Source: Raillietiella orientalis (taxonomy: Eukaryota). Taken from it: DNA of 64,000 bases. The notes under the pieces were generated by a model. The model was given only the letters and a program-made list of their open reading frames with translations. It did not search any database and was not told the DNA's origin. The stretch covers positions 558,001-622,000 of the forward strand of contig JAYWIR010000034.1 in NCBI GenBank assembly GCA_036172245.1, read 5' to 3'. The stretch's first letter is position 1; each line of letters begins with the position of its first letter. Shown in pieces: positions 59,945 to 64,000 of the stretch. The position numbers and the translations under genes were made by a program.

Positions 59945-62800
59945 ATTTTTCACCCGTTCACGCCGGGGCGTTTATTTTCATAAACCAGTTGGGAACAAAT
60001 GTTGCCAATCTCCGAATACGAGAAATAAAGGGGAGGGTCTACCGACATGCAGGCTGGGAAAATCAGATGTCCAGAACCGGTGAGGGACAAGGGGGCAAAA
60101 AATAAATAAATAAGATTGGGTGGGTTGGAGCAGGGATCTTTGGACTTGCTCCGCAAGAACCGGGGACTAGACAAACAGAAAACAAAAATTAAAAACACCG
60201 GGATATTGACGGAGAGAGGAGGGATAGGGAGTACAGAAAAAGGAAGCAAATTTCAATAAATAAGGGAGGGCAGGGGACTGGGGTCACCAGGATGGACCGT
60301 TCCAAAACATTCATAAACCGGTGTTCTATGCCGACGATCTCCTCCTTCGCCTCGTCATCAAGGTGATGCCACCTTGAAGCCGTACCGATGTAGGTGCCTG
60401 CCAAAGGGGTCCCTTGCAGCCCGATGCGCTCCAGCGTCAGGATCTCCAAGCCGACATCCCGTCGCGGAGCCGTCAAGTTCTTGAGCGGGATCCTGGACCT
60501 CGCCGGTTCCCAAAAAGCGTTTCTTAGCAGGCATCAAGTCCGCTTCTTCGCCTCGTATGGGGAGGATAGAACAAAAAACAGGGGGCAGAGGAAGGGGGTC
60601 ACAAAGGTGTTCCAGATAACTGCCCGTTCCGGCAAATAAAACTTGCCACGAAGGAACGGGCTCGAGGCCAACTCTGCCTTTTGAAGACAGTCCGACCACG
60701 CTTCGACAGCGCCGAAGTCTCCCAACGGAACGTCGAGGTACTTGAAGTACCTGCCCGTGGGGATCCCTAGGAGGAGATACGCGGATCTTGAAATCACCAG
60801 CTATCAGGTGTGCCTTGCGCACGCCTGTCTCCGCCGGCCAGTCGCGCTTCAGGTGTCGGAAGAATACTCTCCGCGCCATGCGCACGCAGCCACTGCTCGG
60901 TGCGTACAGTCGTAACAACGAGGTCGATCGAGTCGGTGCACCTAAAGATCATTTGACCGACTTGACCTGCCTCGTCGAAACGTACTCTTTGCACCGCGCA
61001 TTGCAAGGCAGGCTTGAGCAGGATGGAGACCCCGCGCGACCGGCGAGAGCCGCAACGCCACAGGAGCTGACCGCCCGCTACCCTTTCGATCTTTCGCACA
61101 TATTCTGCCGAGATCTGGTGGATCTTCTGCGAGAATACAAGGTCGAAGGACTGCACGGCGGCAGCTGTCTCATCTCCTGTCGTCCTCGCGTAGCCCGTTG
61201 ACGTTCCAGCTAGCAACGCGTAGTCGGTGGCAAGTGGTGAGTTCCGGCATTACTTCTGGAAAAGTGATGCCGGAGCTCCCGCCTCCGGTTCGGGAGGAGT
61301 GCTGTTTGGGGACCCTGCGGCTGGGAGCACCTAGGCGATCCTATCCTCCTTTATAGGCTCCATCTCGTCCGAGTATCAGGGGACGAGTCCTGAGCTCCCA
61401 GGTTCGCCGCACTCTCGTTTCCAGAGGATTCCCTTTCCTCTGAAGAGTCGATCCTCCTGAGATTCCTGAACTTCCGTCGAGGCTTCCGAGGGGGTGCAGA
61501 CGCGGATGGTGAGCTTCTGACGACGGGGTCGGAGTCCAATGTCTCGGACTCCTTCCTAGGGACCGGACGTCTGTCGGCCTTCTTGGCTGCCTTGGCGGAC
61601 TGCCGTAGCATGGCTGCCAGCTCCACTGCCGCCCAGGAGAAGGTCGCGTCCTCGCGGCTCTCTCTTTCTCCGCAACCCTCGCTGACTGTTTTCACTGTCG
61701 CGGAGGTGTCGGTGCTGTTGCACACGGCAACGTCCATTTTGCACTGCTTCTCGGCGACTGGAATGCGCTGCAGGTTAAACGTGCATTTTTTAAGTTCTGA
61801 TATTGCGTTTATCGCTGTTTCTTTGGAGGTCGATTTACTTTTGTTCTTATTTTTCTTTTTGTAGCTGAGCATTTGCCTGTCAGGTTCCACTCCTTCCACT
61901 TCGGCACCCTGCGTTCCACAGGCAAAATGGTCGACGTGACCTTTTCGGCTGGCTTCAGATCAACCTTTCTATCGTTCTTTGACCCGGTTTTGCCAGTTTT
62001 GTTTTGCTGCTCGTAGCAGCCGGACTGAGTGGAACCTTTTAGGGTCACACTTCTTCGGTGTATCCCTTCGTTTCTCACTGGCAGCATGAGATGTTGGGGC
62101 ACCCTTTTTAAGGCGCCCCGTGGCCTCACAATTGCCTCAGTATTTGGGCTCCCCTAAGTACCAGAGGTCGATGGGTTCTCCACCGACCACCGGTTTATGG
62201 GGGAGTCCTATGTCCTTTGCTACCGTGATGCGCACCGCGGCTTGCCCATTAAGTATCCCGTCAAATACGCGGAATCTGTTGGATTTTTCCAACAGCGCGT
62301 CGACGGTGCTGAATTCTTTGAGTTCTTCCCGCACGGCTCTCGGTAACATCCGTACGGTAATGCCTTTTAGGTGGACCACGATGGAATCGTCCACCGGAAC
62401 GTGCGTGAAAGACCTGACGGCCCTCGATCTTCACGGGGATTCGCAGCAATCTCTGTGCTAGACCCGCTTCCTTGCAGATGAGCTCTACACGCTGACCCCC
62501 GCTTCTGATCGTCAGCCCCGTCAGGTCTTTCTTCCTCACGTTCACTCTGCACAGCTCCTCCTCGAAGGAACGCGCAGTGCAATCATCGAAAACCCTGCCT
62601 ACCTTGTAGAGTAGGCTAGGTGAAGGCTAGGGTAGGCGAGGGTAGGCTAGTTCCGTAGGCCTTGTAGGCCTCAGCCTCGGCCGTGTCCGCTGCAGAGGGT
62701 GCGGCGAACACGGCATTACATTCCCTTCCCGGCGCGGGGGATGAAGCTTTGGGAACGGATGCCCCCATCCCCATGGGTACGAAGAGCGATCTTCTAATGT
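59945..62800 (-). mobile_element. Internally deleted L1/Tx1-like element retaining ORF1, endonuclease N-half, a short post-RT piece and 3'UTR
   Basis: ORF1 (VHLKGITVR...LPHKPVVGGEPIDLWYLGEPKY) is homologous to the ORF1 at 38343. ASWNVNGL...SRGVSILL...LYAPS...HLIAGDFK is joined near 60785 to GIPTGRYFKYLDVPL. Terminal aataaacgccccggcgtgaacgggtg at 59951-59976. Confidence 0.88.
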
Positions 62801-62879
62801 ATCCCTGACAGTTTTTCGTGGTGGTTTCAGGCATTTCTGCCTTCCCTTCACCACTGAAGCAACGCAACAATACCAAGTA

Positions 62880-63685
62880 AAGCCAGGAGTCGAGAGTGCT
62901 AACAAAACACGTCCGCGGCACGACTGCCAACAACCTATTTGTCGGGACCTGTTTGGCGTGCTCCCCGGGGAACTTGTGATCCCTTTTCTGTGTAAGGATA
63001 CCTTCGTGTTCCAGCAGTGCTGGAAACAGGATGCTCCTCTGCTTCCACACTGGGGGGATTTCAGTGCAATCGGCGCAAATGCCTGGTTTCCAGGGGAGTT
63101 GTCCCCTAGAACTGTCTGAGGCATGGGACAACGGTATCGTTCCCGCACCTCCTGTTGGACTGCAGTGCCATCGAGGGCATGTGGCGGAGACTCGCTTTGG
63201 TTCCCGTCGACCGCTGGATCCCTTGCTTCGGACTTGCTGCGGCGCTTTTTCTTCACGCAACGCGGGCTGAAAACGGACGCTGTGATAGCAACCATCGGTT
63301 GCATCGGCGCCATGGTGACAGTCCACCATGTATTGAGGTTACGTTCGTAACTAAGGGAGGCCACCAGCACGGCATCCTCTTCGATGAGGACGACTGCAAG
63401 GTAGCCCGAAGCCATAAGGGAGGTCGTTACCATATGTAGACTCTTCTAGAAAGAAAGGAACGGAAAAAACCAAACCACTGACTCCTGTCCGTACCCTCCA
63501 GTCTTTTTCATTTATTAATTGTCCTTTCCTTCATTCCTCACTTTTATAGAAGCCGATCTGCATGACGGTGGTCATCTCCAATAAAAAAAATTTTTCCAGG
63601 TACCTTCTTGTATTTAGAGACGCTGGAACTCCTTCTGATTAATAGTTTATTTTTAAAAGAAGCCTCCCGGCATGACGGGGTACAA
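62880..63685 (+). mobile_element. Degenerate ORF2 C-terminus and 3'UTR of an L1/Tx1-like element
   Basis: GVVP*NCLRHGTTVSFPHLLLDCSAIEGMWRRL...LLRRFFFT, homologous to 43880-44100; a degenerate end hairpin cccggcatgacgggg lies near 63666. Confidence 0.7.
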
Positions 63686-64000
63686 TCATTTCTCTGCTTC
63701 TCTTCCTCATTTAACAGACGACGGCTCTGCCGCAGCATTAGAGATTCTTCAACAACAGGCGCCACCATCATCTGAAGAGGGAGGAAATTTTCCTCGAACA
63801 GTGAGAGGTGTGGTGGACCGGAAGAGCACACACCTCACCTCTTTCTGAGCCGCAGTTTTTCTCGTGTGGGTCGGCAGAGAGTGATCAGAGCCTTCAACAA
63901 CACGGACAACAACTCTCCGATGACCTTGTGCGTCGTTTCTTTGTCCGAGATGGCCTTTATCCAGGCACCATAGTCTCTGCTACACTCTGCGGTTGCAGTC

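Noticed and set aside
62616..63433. Two long minus-strand ORFs (237 and 268 aa)
   Set aside because: Mostly antisense shadows of a plus-strand LINE fragment, joined to the start of the neighbouring ORF1.
1..64000. CRISPR arrays, rRNA genes or prokaryotic operons
   Set aside because: No regularly spaced repeat-spacer array, rRNA-like sequence or dense intact ORF organisation was seen.

Overview
Eukaryotic, gene-poor, heavily decayed repeat region; the host cannot be identified from the sequence, and I found no intact recognisable host gene. Roughly 38-49 kb and 53-64 kb are a nested pile of degenerate L1/Tx1-like non-LTR retrotransposon fragments (CCHC ORF1, APE endonuclease, RT, zf-RVT-like zinc finger). 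A 3.2 kb dead copy of this type also occurs twice as an inverted duplication (3.4-6.6 kb and 26.9-30.1 kb). The standout feature is a complete, slightly more than unit-length endogenous CRESS ssDNA virus genome at 34499-36656 (unit about 2064 nt). It has a pseudogenised HUH/SF3 Rep with a nanovirus/alphasatellite-style helicase on the minus strand and an Arg-rich circovirus-like capsid split by circular permutation on the plus strand. It also keeps an intact 12-bp stem-loop carrying TAGTATTAC and ~93-nt terminal direct repeats. It is fused directly to the 5'-truncated end of an RLE-type (NeSL/Utopia-like) retrotransposon. Other observations: a conserved AATAAAC plus hairpin 3'-terminal motif shared by divergent LINE copies, a probable tRNA-derived SINE pair, and several perfect hairpins. 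All calls come from manual translation and comparison by eye; boundaries of decayed elements are approximate.
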